Assembly (NCBI GenBank): GCA_019894975.1
Contig: JAGXNO010000024.1
Span: 1 to 53,144, forward strand
Direction of reading: 5' to 3'
Length of the DNA: 53,144 nucleotides
Source: Promethearchaeota archaeon
GTDB lineage: Archaea; Asgardarchaeota; Lokiarchaeia; Sigyniarchaeales; SOKP01
Positions 10,084-18,117 of the stretch are shown here, piece by piece. A program made the translations under genes and the position numbers. The notes beneath the pieces are model-generated. The model was not told the origin of the DNA. It worked only from the letters and a program-made list of their open reading frames with translations, and searched no databases. The first letter of the stretch is position 1. The number at the start of each line of letters is the position of its first letter.

Positions 10084-10539
10084 ATGCTAAATATAGACAA
10101 AGATAAACTTCGTGATTTACCTGGTTGGGAAAGAAACGCTCCCGTTCCAATTTGTATGGGAGGAGATTATAGAGCCCTAACTTTTTGTTGTAAACCTGGA
10201 TTTTCTCTAACTTTTGGGTTCAAATGTAGGAGAGATGAGAAGCTCTTAGAATTAGGTATTACCCCCGAAGAATTTATAAGAATTAAGGAAGAGTTCTCAA
10301 AAGAGAATGATTGGGATTCCGAATTTACATGTTTTGGTTCAATATCCTATTGTTGTATGAGATCGGGAGGTTGTCCTCGAAGAGATGTTGCATTAGTAGA
10401 ACGTTATTCAGGGATGACTCTTAAAGAGATAATGAAAACATATTTCGAAAAGAAAAAAAAATTATCAAGGAAAATCTTAGAAAGCGTAAGAGATCCTGAA
10501 AAAAGGGAGAAGATCAAACCTTACTTAGACCTATTATAG
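10084..10539 (+). CDS. Methanogenesis marker 9-like Cys-rich domain protein (stand-alone)
   Basis: W..APVPICMGGDYRALTFCCKP and TCFGSISYCC...CPRRD motifs. Confidence 0.8.
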   Translation: MLNIDKDKLRDLPGWERNAPVPICMGGDYRALTFCCKPGFSLTFGFKCRRDEKLLELGITPEEFIRIKEEFSKENDWDSEFTCFGSISYCCMRSGGCPRRDVALVERYSGMTLKEIMKTYFEKKKKLSRKILESVRDPEKREKIKPYLDLL

Positions 10540-10549
10540 TGGAAATGAA

Positions 10550-10621
10550 GTTTTTATAAACCTGAGCAAGGTCGTCCTCAAGTATCTCATTTTTATATAC
10601 TTGAATCATCCTTATAAAAAC
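10550..10621 (-). promoter_or_regulatory. Eukaryote-type SECIS element in the 3' UTR of the Prx-like selenoprotein
   Basis: Minus strand reads GUUUUUAUAAGG-AUGA-UUCAAGUAU-AUAAAAAUGAG-AUACUUGAG-GA-CGACCUUGCUCAGGUUUAUAAAAAC: AUGA/GA core, 9-bp upper stem, A-run in the apical loop, lower stem; starts 12 nt after the stop codon. Confidence 0.85.
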
Positions 10622-10633
10622 ATAAATAATTCT

Positions 10634-11143
10634 TTATATTTCTTTGTCTATCGCTTCTATAATTGCCTCAATTAGGGGTCTATCTGTTTTGTTCCCGACA
10701 TATCTCCATACGATTTTACCATTTGAATCAATTAAATAAGATGATGGAATAGCTAGTTCAAATTTTATCATGTCATAATCAATTGGTTTTCCGAATACGT
10801 TGTATTCCTTAGAGATTTTTGCATCAGCATCAGAAATAACTCTAAACTTATAGTCTTCTTTTTCAGCAAGCTTCTTCAGTGGTCCTACCCTATCAGTAGA
10901 TATGGCAATCACGATTATATCTCTTTTTTCAAATTCAGTAATATTTTGATTCAATTTAGAAAGCTGTTTCTTTCAGTAAATTCACCAAGCGCCTCTAGAA
11001 AAATCCAAGAAAATTCCTCGATATTCTTTGAATAATAAGGAAAAATCGATTTTTTTTTCAAAAACATCAGAAGTGTTAATGAAGGGGGCTTTAGTTCCTA
11101 TAAGTAAGCCCTTCTCTGAGTCTAAATGACGCTCTGTTGTCAT
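10634..11143 (-). CDS. Peroxiredoxin-like (AhpC/TSA, thioredoxin fold) selenoprotein, UxxU motif (Sec54, Sec57), 169 aa
   Basis: ATG at 11143 gives MTTERHLDSEKGLLIGTKAPFINT...FLDFSRGAW*IY*KKQLSKL, continuing in frame into the 10634-10954 ORF (IAISTD, VISDAD, AIPSSYLID.NGKIVWRY). The TGA codons at 10982-10984 and 10973-10975 occupy both Cys positions of the CxxC motif. Confidence 0.9.
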
Positions 11144-11266
11144 AATTTTATTAAAAAATAAAAGAAATTTAAAGGAAATGGTTATTTTATATTAGGAAAA
11201 GATTTCCTTTTTGTCGGCTGAACAATAGGAAATTTTATATACCAGAAATCGCTTTTTTTAGTTAAG

Positions 11267-11425
11267 ATGATATTAGAGGAAGTTCTTCCACATCCGTTGC
11301 GTGATGAGATTTATATAAATCAAATTGTGACCCCTTATAATGAAGTTACAGAAAGCGACAAAATTATTATAAACCGAATTCTTTTGAAAGAAGTCGCAAG
11401 GGAACATATTGAATTAGCTCAATAA
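11267..11425 (+). CDS. Small hypothetical protein (52 aa)
   Basis: MILEEVLPHPLRDEIYINQIVTPYNEVTESDKIIINRILLKEVAREHIELAQ*; fills the intergenic gap; below the ORF-track cutoff. Confidence 0.55.
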   Translation: MILEEVLPHPLRDEIYINQIVTPYNEVTESDKIIINRILLKEVAREHIELAQ

Positions 11426-11469
11426 ATTCTACTCTTTCTATTTAGGAAAAATTAAAAAAAAATAAGAAT

Positions 11470-12489
11470 TTATTTATTAATTTTTACACATATTAAGGGA
11501 ACTACATAGCTTATTATGAATGACACTAGTGCATATCTGAAAAATCTATAAAAAACACTGTCAATTTCCAGGAGATATTCTAAAGGAATAAAGATAACTA
11601 ATGCAATTACTAAACCTAATAATAAATTAATAAGCTTCTTCTTATTAGTTAATTGAGAAGGAACATATCCTACATATTCCTGTTCTAAAATGTATCCCAC
11701 CCCAAATCCTAATATTACACCCCCTACCAGTCCGAAAGCACCTGCGTCTGCATAAGGAGGAGGTGTTGGGGTAGTAGCTAATCCCATACCTGTTTTTGGA
11801 TATAATAGAGTACCCACTAGAAATAAGGTAAGTGAAATGATGATCGTCAATATGATCTTTTTAATAAAATTGTGTTTGCTAAACTGTTTTGTGCAAATTG
11901 GTTCTAAATAGATGAATGCTAACAATACTCCTATACCAATGAGTAGTCCGCCAATAATATCCTGTAAATCATGTACCCCTATTACTACTCTTGAGATGGC
12001 CACAAGAAAAATTATGCCTGAAAGGATTACGGGAATTATGGGAATTTGCTTAAATTTATAATTATCTTTAAATTGATAACCTAAATATCCCCAAAAAGCA
12101 GTTCCATTTTGAGTATGACCTGAGGGAAACCCATAAGAAGTTTCTTTTAATCCATAATCCTCCGAAAGGTCGATGTTACCATCGGGCCTAGTGTCTCCAA
12201 ATGCATTTTTAACCCAAGCATTAATATAGTAGGTGACTAATATACTCAGAAGTAAATTCTTAGCTACTTTTTTATTATAAGTCAGATATAAAATAATGAT
12301 GATTACCAGAAATACTACGGGTTCGCCAAGATAAGTGATTATTTTAAAGATCGATTCAGCTGATTCGCTATAGAATTCCTCGTTTAAGCCAGAAAAGCAC
12401 AATATTATCCCTAAGAGTAAAATGACTAATGATACAATTCCTATTACCATTAATCCTCGCTTAGATAAAATTTCGTTTTTCTCAGACAT
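11470..12489 (-). CDS. PAP2-family membrane phosphatase
   Basis: K(x6)RP, FPSGH, SRVVIGVH..QD catalytic motifs; multiple TM helices. Confidence 0.93.
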   Translation of the reverse strand: MSEKNEILSKRGLMVIGIVSLVILLLGIILCFSGLNEEFYSESAESIFKIITYLGEPVVFLVIIIILYLTYNKKVAKNLLLSILVTYYINAWVKNAFGDTRPDGNIDLSEDYGLKETSYGFPSGHTQNGTAFWGYLGYQFKDNYKFKQIPIIPVILSGIIFLVAISRVVIGVHDLQDIIGGLLIGIGVLLAFIYLEPICTKQFSKHNFIKKIILTIIISLTLFLVGTLLYPKTGMGLATTPTPPPYADAGAFGLVGGVILGFGVGYILEQEYVGYVPSQLTNKKKLINLLLGLVIALVIFIPLEYLLEIDSVFYRFFRYALVSFIISYVVPLICVKINK

Positions 12490-12625
12490 TTTTTTTTACC
12501 TATTATAAAGTTGATTAAATTCTCTATTTGTTAGATTTACTAATAAATCTTTTTATTTTAGGAAGAATAAGAGTTTGATGTTATTTGAATATCTTTAAAG
12601 GTATAATCCATACTTTTTTTAATTT

Positions 12626-13306
12626 TTAATCAATCTGGATGTTTGTACGCTTTTCATCTGTTTTATTCAATCGAACTTCAAGAATTCCATTAGTATAGCG
12701 TGCTTTAGCAACATCTAAATTCACAGCTGAAGTTAATTTGACATTTTTATAATAATCTCGACCTGCATTCTCTTTAGTGGAAATAATTAAGCTATCACTC
12801 GTAGCTTCAATTTCAATATCGTTACGATCAACTCCCGGCATCTCTGCTATTACAACTATTTGGTCTTTTTCTTCACTCACTTCAACGAGTGGCTCTCTTT
12901 TTGATTTAACTACCGGTTTACCAGAATATGGTTTGGGTTTGATATTACCAAAGGAATCTATTTTTGGTTTTCCGTCTTTATCAATGTTTACATTGAAACC
13001 ATACATTATTGGAGAATTTAATCCGAATTTAGATTTATTCTTTCTAAATTCCCTCATTAGGTCTTCCGGGGAGAGATTTTGGAACTCGGGAGGTAAATTC
13101 TTAGAAATCTTATCAAATATATCTGTAAAAAGTTGTCTGAATTGTTTGGAGCTAAATAATTTATTTGGATCCATGAAAAATTTGCTAGGATCTGAAGGAA
13201 ATTTACTCGGATCACCTATAAATTTAAAGAAATCAAAAGGATTTTCTTCTTCCTCATCTTCTTCCTCATCTTCTTCCTCATCATCATATTCATCTCTTTT
13301 AGGCAT
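12626..13306 (-). CDS. hsp20: Archaeal small heat-shock protein (Hsp20) with acidic N-terminus
   Basis: YGF...DGKPKIDSFGN, REPLVEV, IAEMPGV, ARYTNGILEV alpha-crystallin motifs. Confidence 0.93.
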   Translation of the reverse strand: MPKRDEYDDEEEDEEEDEEEENPFDFFKFIGDPSKFPSDPSKFFMDPNKLFSSKQFRQLFTDIFDKISKNLPPEFQNLSPEDLMREFRKNKSKFGLNSPIMYGFNVNIDKDGKPKIDSFGNIKPKPYSGKPVVKSKREPLVEVSEEKDQIVVIAEMPGVDRNDIEIEATSDSLIISTKENAGRDYYKNVKLTSAVNLDVAKARYTNGILEVRLNKTDEKRTNIQID

Positions 13307-13496
13307 GAAAAATCATCTCTATAATGGAATTGAATTTCTTACTATCAATTAAATTTAATAAGCTATATTTTTAATTTTATATTATAAAAGCTAAAAACTA
13401 ATTAGCTTATATATTAGAGAAAATTGTCGATACTAATAAATTTAATCCAATTAAAAATTTAGTTATCAAAAATTAATATTAGAAGAGGAGATTAAA

Positions 13497-15320
13497 ATGT
13501 ACTCTGAACTCTCAGATGACGATAAAGCTATGTATTTAGATGTGTTGCGAGAAGCTCCAATATTGCCTTTTTCGAATTTTGTGTCTCGTGGAGATCTACC
13601 AGACAAAATTGATGTAGCTAGACCAAGAGCTTATATAGACCGAGAAGTCTTTAGACTCGTACAACAAACTTCTAGAGATAGAAGTAGCAGATTAATTCCT
13701 GTATTGGGAAGTGCTGGTTCAGGTAAAACCCACGCATACCACTCATTTAAAGATAAAGAAAGGGAGAATAAAAAGAAATTAGAACAAACACAAGATGTCC
13801 AAGAAATAGAAGTAGGTGTATTGCCTGTAGATTGGACAATTGTTTATGTTCCTAGCCCTCCTGCAAGTATACGTGTATTACTTCATGTGTACACTTGTAT
13901 GGTTGAAGAACTTGGTGCAGGATTGTTAGATATAGTTTCTGAGAAATTAGTTAAAAAATGGGGTGGAGAAAAAAAAGGAATATTTCAAAAACCTAAAATT
14001 GATGAGGTAATTCAAGTAGGTATTAGAGAATTTCCTGGTGTTTTTGCAGATTGCGTGAAAGCACTAGTTACCTATCAACTAGATAAATCGAAGAAAGCTT
14101 TGGCAGAAAGGTGGCTCCTTGGTGAAGACTTAGAAGATGAGGATTTAAGTGAGTTAGGAATAAATTCTGTTGTTGAAGAGGATGATGTGTGTCTTGCATT
14201 AATTAAGATAATCACTGAAAATTTAGATAAAGTGCTTATTTTATATTTTGACGAACTTGAGTCACCCTACCGTATGTTAGGCGAAGTTGCTGAGAGAAAA
14301 CTTTTAGAAATATTAAAAAGATTATACAATGAAGTGAAAGGGTTAGTTATTACAATTGCGGTATTAAAAGAAATCTGGCCAAGAATTATTGAAATTGCAG
14401 ACGCCCCATTACGTTCAAGAATGGAACCCGAACAAGAATTAAAACCTTTTAGTTTAAATGATCTTAAAATATTTTTCTCTAGGTCAATGGAGAGCTTTTG
14501 GGAAGATAATAATTTGAATCCTCCACTTTATCCCTTATTTCCCCTGAATGAAAAATTAATTGAACTGATATATGAAAAGACTAAAGGCAATCCAAGAAAT
14601 TCTATTAAACTTTGTAGAAGGTTTATTGATAAAGTAGTTATGGAAGAAATGACTGTAGAGGAGCTTTTAGAAGTAGGGGTCGATATTGTTGTAACAGCTA
14701 GACCCCCATCAGAAATGGAAGAAGAAGTAGTTGATTTTTCAAAACCTAGAGAAGTAATTAAGAAGACTATTGAAGATATATTAGCAGAAGAAGAATACTC
14801 AATTGATGTCAATCCTCAATCTGTTGCTGGAGCTACTTTAAAGTGCATTAATATGGTCGGTGATGATAAGGGGAAAAAATACAAAACACAAATGGAATTT
14901 AAGTTTAAAATGGGTAAAAGAGCACAAACTTTAGCTGCATTAATTGAGGCTGAAGGTAGAAAATGGGGTTTAGAAATTCCTTCTATTAAAACCTTCGATC
15001 GAAGCGCCGGGGTAGCAGGATATTACGCTGCTAAACGTTTGAAGGATGCAATTACGGAAAAAGTAATAGACTATGGGATTTTAGTTGTTCCAACAGGCAC
15101 GGGGGGTGCGAAATATGAATTGATTCTGAAGGATAATCCTAACATCCATAAAGTTGAGTTAGACAATGAAATTGGCAAAGAATTGATACAGAATGCCTTA
15201 AAGTATCCAACACAGAAAGGATGGGATATAGCAAAAATAATTTTTAAAGATATTGGTGAATATAAGCCACCTGTACCTGAAACCGAAGAACCTTCAATAG
15301 ATGAAGATTCCTCACAATAG
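13497..15320 (+). CDS. P-loop (AAA+/STAND-like) ATPase of unknown function
   Basis: Walker A GSAGSGKT, Walker B ILYFDELE, PLRSRM, GNPRNSIK; extra C-terminal domain. Confidence 0.8.
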   Translation: MYSELSDDDKAMYLDVLREAPILPFSNFVSRGDLPDKIDVARPRAYIDREVFRLVQQTSRDRSSRLIPVLGSAGSGKTHAYHSFKDKERENKKKLEQTQDVQEIEVGVLPVDWTIVYVPSPPASIRVLLHVYTCMVEELGAGLLDIVSEKLVKKWGGEKKGIFQKPKIDEVIQVGIREFPGVFADCVKALVTYQLDKSKKALAERWLLGEDLEDEDLSELGINSVVEEDDVCLALIKIITENLDKVLILYFDELESPYRMLGEVAERKLLEILKRLYNEVKGLVITIAVLKEIWPRIIEIADAPLRSRMEPEQELKPFSLNDLKIFFSRSMESFWEDNNLNPPLYPLFPLNEKLIELIYEKTKGNPRNSIKLCRRFIDKVVMEEMTVEELLEVGVDIVVTARPPSEMEEEVVDFSKPREVIKKTIEDILAEEEYSIDVNPQSVAGATLKCINMVGDDKGKKYKTQMEFKFKMGKRAQTLAALIEAEGRKWGLEIPSIKTFDRSAGVAGYYAAKRLKDAITEKVIDYGILVVPTGTGGAKYELILKDNPNIHKVELDNEIGKELIQNALKYPTQKGWDIAKIIFKDIGEYKPPVPETEEPSIDEDSSQ

Positions 15321-15321
15321 A

Positions 15322-16245
15322 TTAGATATTATTATAATTTTCTTTTATCTTATTTTTTATTTCATCTAACTCTTTTGCTAGACGAGATGCTCTTCTCACA
15401 TGATTTTTCATTTTTATCAAACTGCTAATTTTTTCTTCTTCTTCAAAATTGTTTGAAATCTCGATTAATCTATCTACCGGTTCATTTAACAATTCAAATA
15501 GATATAATTTATTTGCATCTAATTCAATTATCACTTTTTGTATTTCTCTATGAAGATTCTCACGTTCTTTTAGTAATTCAGGGAATAATCCAACTTTTTC
15601 ACCTTTATTTACTAAGAAAGAGGCTATTTCTTCTTCTTGGATAACTATTGCTAGCTCAGAAGCCTTCAGAAAACTTTTTTTAGCTTTTCTATAATCTTTA
15701 TCATCAAGGAATTGTTCTGCAACTTTAACTTCTTCAGCAAGCTTTTCAGGAATTTCTTCACCAATATCAATCAATTCTCTCGCTTCTTGGAGCAAACCAT
15801 CATCAAGCATTTTTTTAGTTCTTTCATTTAATATATCTTTTATTATTTTGGGTTCTTGTAGCTTTTCAATCAGGCTCATTATCGAGTTTAATCCTTCTTT
15901 TAGAAGTTCAATCATTTTCGTTTTATCACTTGAGAAATTTTGAATAACTTTTTCTTCGATATTTTCAAAGACACTTCGCAGCGAGAGAAGATCCTCTTCT
16001 TCCTGTAGGATAAATGCTAAAAAGAGATTTTCTTTTTCAATAGATTCAGTATTTACGATATTTGAATAATAACGATTATTTTCATCACGGAGAGTTACAT
16101 CTGGATAACCTTTTTTAACATGTTTTTCAGAAAATTCTTTTAGTATATTCGAAGGTATTTTATCACCTTGTTTTAAATAGAATTCTGCTAAAATATTTGG
16201 TCCAAATGATTGATCAATTTCATATAAAACAATAGCTTTTGGCAT
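15322..16245 (-). CDS. Longin/uDENN-like N-terminal domain + helical (TPR/MIT-like) repeats
   Basis: AIVLYEIDQSFGPNIL start resembles the uDENN/longin hhh.F/D...GP motif; C-terminal half is helical. Confidence 0.6.
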   Translation of the reverse strand: MPKAIVLYEIDQSFGPNILAEFYLKQGDKIPSNILKEFSEKHVKKGYPDVTLRDENNRYYSNIVNTESIEKENLFLAFILQEEEDLLSLRSVFENIEEKVIQNFSSDKTKMIELLKEGLNSIMSLIEKLQEPKIIKDILNERTKKMLDDGLLQEARELIDIGEEIPEKLAEEVKVAEQFLDDKDYRKAKKSFLKASELAIVIQEEEIASFLVNKGEKVGLFPELLKERENLHREIQKVIIELDANKLYLFELLNEPVDRLIEISNNFEEEEKISSLIKMKNHVRRASRLAKELDEIKNKIKENYNNI

Positions 16246-16357
16246 TTTAATTTAGGGCTGTTTTTGGAGTTAATAATGTAGAGTTAATAATAGGTTTTAA
16301 ATTTTTATTGAACCTTATAAGATCTTAAAAATAATAGAAGATTTTAATTTCAAATAT

Positions 16358-17281
16358 TTGAAAATGCCAATAATTGAAGATACATACTGTGAAGCATTTG
16401 AAGGTCTTTGTGTTCAATTACAAGTGACTGCTCAAGATGCCGAATTTTTAACAAGGGCCGTAAACGCGTTTACCGCGCTCCCCTCGACTGTTTTTGGGGA
16501 TGCTGAAGGTGGCATCGTAAGGTGGCTTAGTGAGAATGAAACTATCGATGGCAGATTAGGTGCTATTGTTCAATTATGGGTAACGGGTACAGATAAAAAA
16601 GCTACTGCAAAATTTTATGATCAGATTGGAAGAAGGATGCGACAAGGTATTCTTGTGGTACCTACTACTGCTGTGTTTGATTTTTATCCAAAGGGTGTTG
16701 AAAATAAATTTGATATAATGAACAATGTTGGTCATTGTGGGGACGGATATGAATGGGTTATAGAAAAGTATCAACGTAGACTAATTGATGTCCCTATTAT
16801 GATGGGTTATGATTTTTTAATAGAAGAAAAAATATCCTATGCTCCAGGAGTTATGGGAGGAAATTTGTGGTTGTTTTGTGATTCTATTGAATCAGGAATA
16901 AAAGTTGGAAGAGAAGTTGTAAAGATAATTGCTGAAATAGATAATACATGCACAACATTTGACGTTTGTTCGGCTGGTTCTAAAACTGAAACAAATTTTC
17001 CGGAAATAGGTCCTTCTACTAATCATCCTTACTGTCCTACATTGAAGGATAAAATATCCCCAGAAGAATTTAGAGTACCGGAGGGAGTCAAGTCAATCCC
17101 TGAGATTGTATTTAATGCATTAGACATTAAGACCATCGAAGAAACAATGTTAAAATCAATAGAAGGGATTATTAATATGGAAGGATTAATAAAGATTTCT
17201 GCAGGCAATTATGGAGGAAAATTAGGTAAGTACAAAATATTTTTACGAGAATTAGGATTAAAACAAAGTTATTTTAGTTAA
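16358..17281 (+). CDS. ftr: Formylmethanofuran--tetrahydromethanopterin N-formyltransferase
   Basis: IEDTYCEAF, T.DGR.G, R.RQ.IL..PTTAVF, GDGYE, GVMGGN, SAGSK, STNHPYCPTL, EIVFN, ISAGNYGGKLG. Start possibly the ATG at 16364. Confidence 0.95.
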   Translation: MKMPIIEDTYCEAFEGLCVQLQVTAQDAEFLTRAVNAFTALPSTVFGDAEGGIVRWLSENETIDGRLGAIVQLWVTGTDKKATAKFYDQIGRRMRQGILVVPTTAVFDFYPKGVENKFDIMNNVGHCGDGYEWVIEKYQRRLIDVPIMMGYDFLIEEKISYAPGVMGGNLWLFCDSIESGIKVGREVVKIIAEIDNTCTTFDVCSAGSKTETNFPEIGPSTNHPYCPTLKDKISPEEFRVPEGVKSIPEIVFNALDIKTIEETMLKSIEGIINMEGLIKISAGNYGGKLGKYKIFLRELGLKQSYFS

Positions 17282-17286
17282 AATTT

Positions 17287-17964
17287 TTACTTTTTATACG
17301 TCATTGTTTTATCTTTTATTTGCTTTGGAAGTGTACCTTCTTTAAATTGACGAAGAGCAGGATATTTCTCTTCAAAGACTTTAGCAATCTCCTCCAGAGG
17401 TAAATCGGCATGTATACCCCTATCCAACACATATTCACCGAATCTGTTTCCATTGCTATCAAATTCAGGGAAAACGGCATCACATTCCCCATCAAATTCG
17501 CACATGGGATGGAATCCTCCTTTATCTGCAGTACCTATGTCAAATGAAGGAGTTAGTTTTACCCATCTATCTTTTAAATATAATTCACTATATCCATGAT
17601 AATGCATAGTCCAAGTTCCCATAAAATCCGCGATTTTCTGTGAAATTTTATGATTTATTAAATCAACCAAATGTATTCTTGCAGGAATTCCAATAGCTCG
17701 AGCAAAAGATGATAATAAGATAGATTTTGAAACACAAAATCCATTACCTCTCCGTAAAGTAACGCTAGCTTTAAAATTTGCCTTAACGGAAGGAATATAG
17801 GTTAACATGTTATATTTGATCTCATCTCTAACCCAATAAAATAAAGCAATTGCTTTTTCTCTTTCAGATTTTAAGCCTTCTGTGATTTCTAACGCTTTTT
17901 GTTTTACTGAGGTTTTATCAAAATCAAAAAATTCTGTGGGTTGTAAATATTCTTCCATAGCCAT
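17287..17964 (-). CDS. Transglutaminase-like cysteine protease domain protein
   Basis: FYWVRDEIKY, GFCVSKS..L...ARAIGIPAR, HGYSELYL..RWVK.TPSF. Confidence 0.9.
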   Translation of the reverse strand: MAMEEYLQPTEFFDFDKTSVKQKALEITEGLKSEREKAIALFYWVRDEIKYNMLTYIPSVKANFKASVTLRRGNGFCVSKSILLSSFARAIGIPARIHLVDLINHKISQKIADFMGTWTMHYHGYSELYLKDRWVKLTPSFDIGTADKGGFHPMCEFDGECDAVFPEFDSNGNRFGEYVLDRGIHADLPLEEIAKVFEEKYPALRQFKEGTLPKQIKDKTMTYKK

Positions 17965-18117
17965 ATCTAGGTAAAAAATTGATCGTTTTATAAGATTTCC
18001 CTTAAATTTAAATCTTTCATTATAGCATACTTTAAAAAATATTGGTTAAAAATAAATTTAAATAATTCAATTTTTACTTAGGATTCGAGATTATTTACTT
18101 TTAATTCGTGAAATATT

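Noticed and set aside
9959-10150. 63-aa minus-strand ORF
   Set aside because: Antisense to tRNA-His and the marker-9-like gene; no protein features.
10634-10954. 106-aa ORF as called by the track, or a pseudogene reading of the two stops
   Set aside because: Both stops are TGA, sit on the CxxC positions, and a SECIS follows; the gene is better read as 10634-11143.
10043-11470. Integrated element at the tRNA-His 3' end
   Set aside because: No integrase, no duplicated tRNA 3' end found, no evident compositional shift.
12777-13352. 191-aa plus-strand ORF with poly-Ser
   Set aside because: Antisense shadow of hsp20; the poly-Ser mirrors the Glu/Asp codons.
16358-17281. ftr plus marker 9 as evidence of methanogenesis
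   Set aside because: Ftr also serves the archaeal Wood-Ljungdahl pathway; no mcr or mtr genes are in the window.
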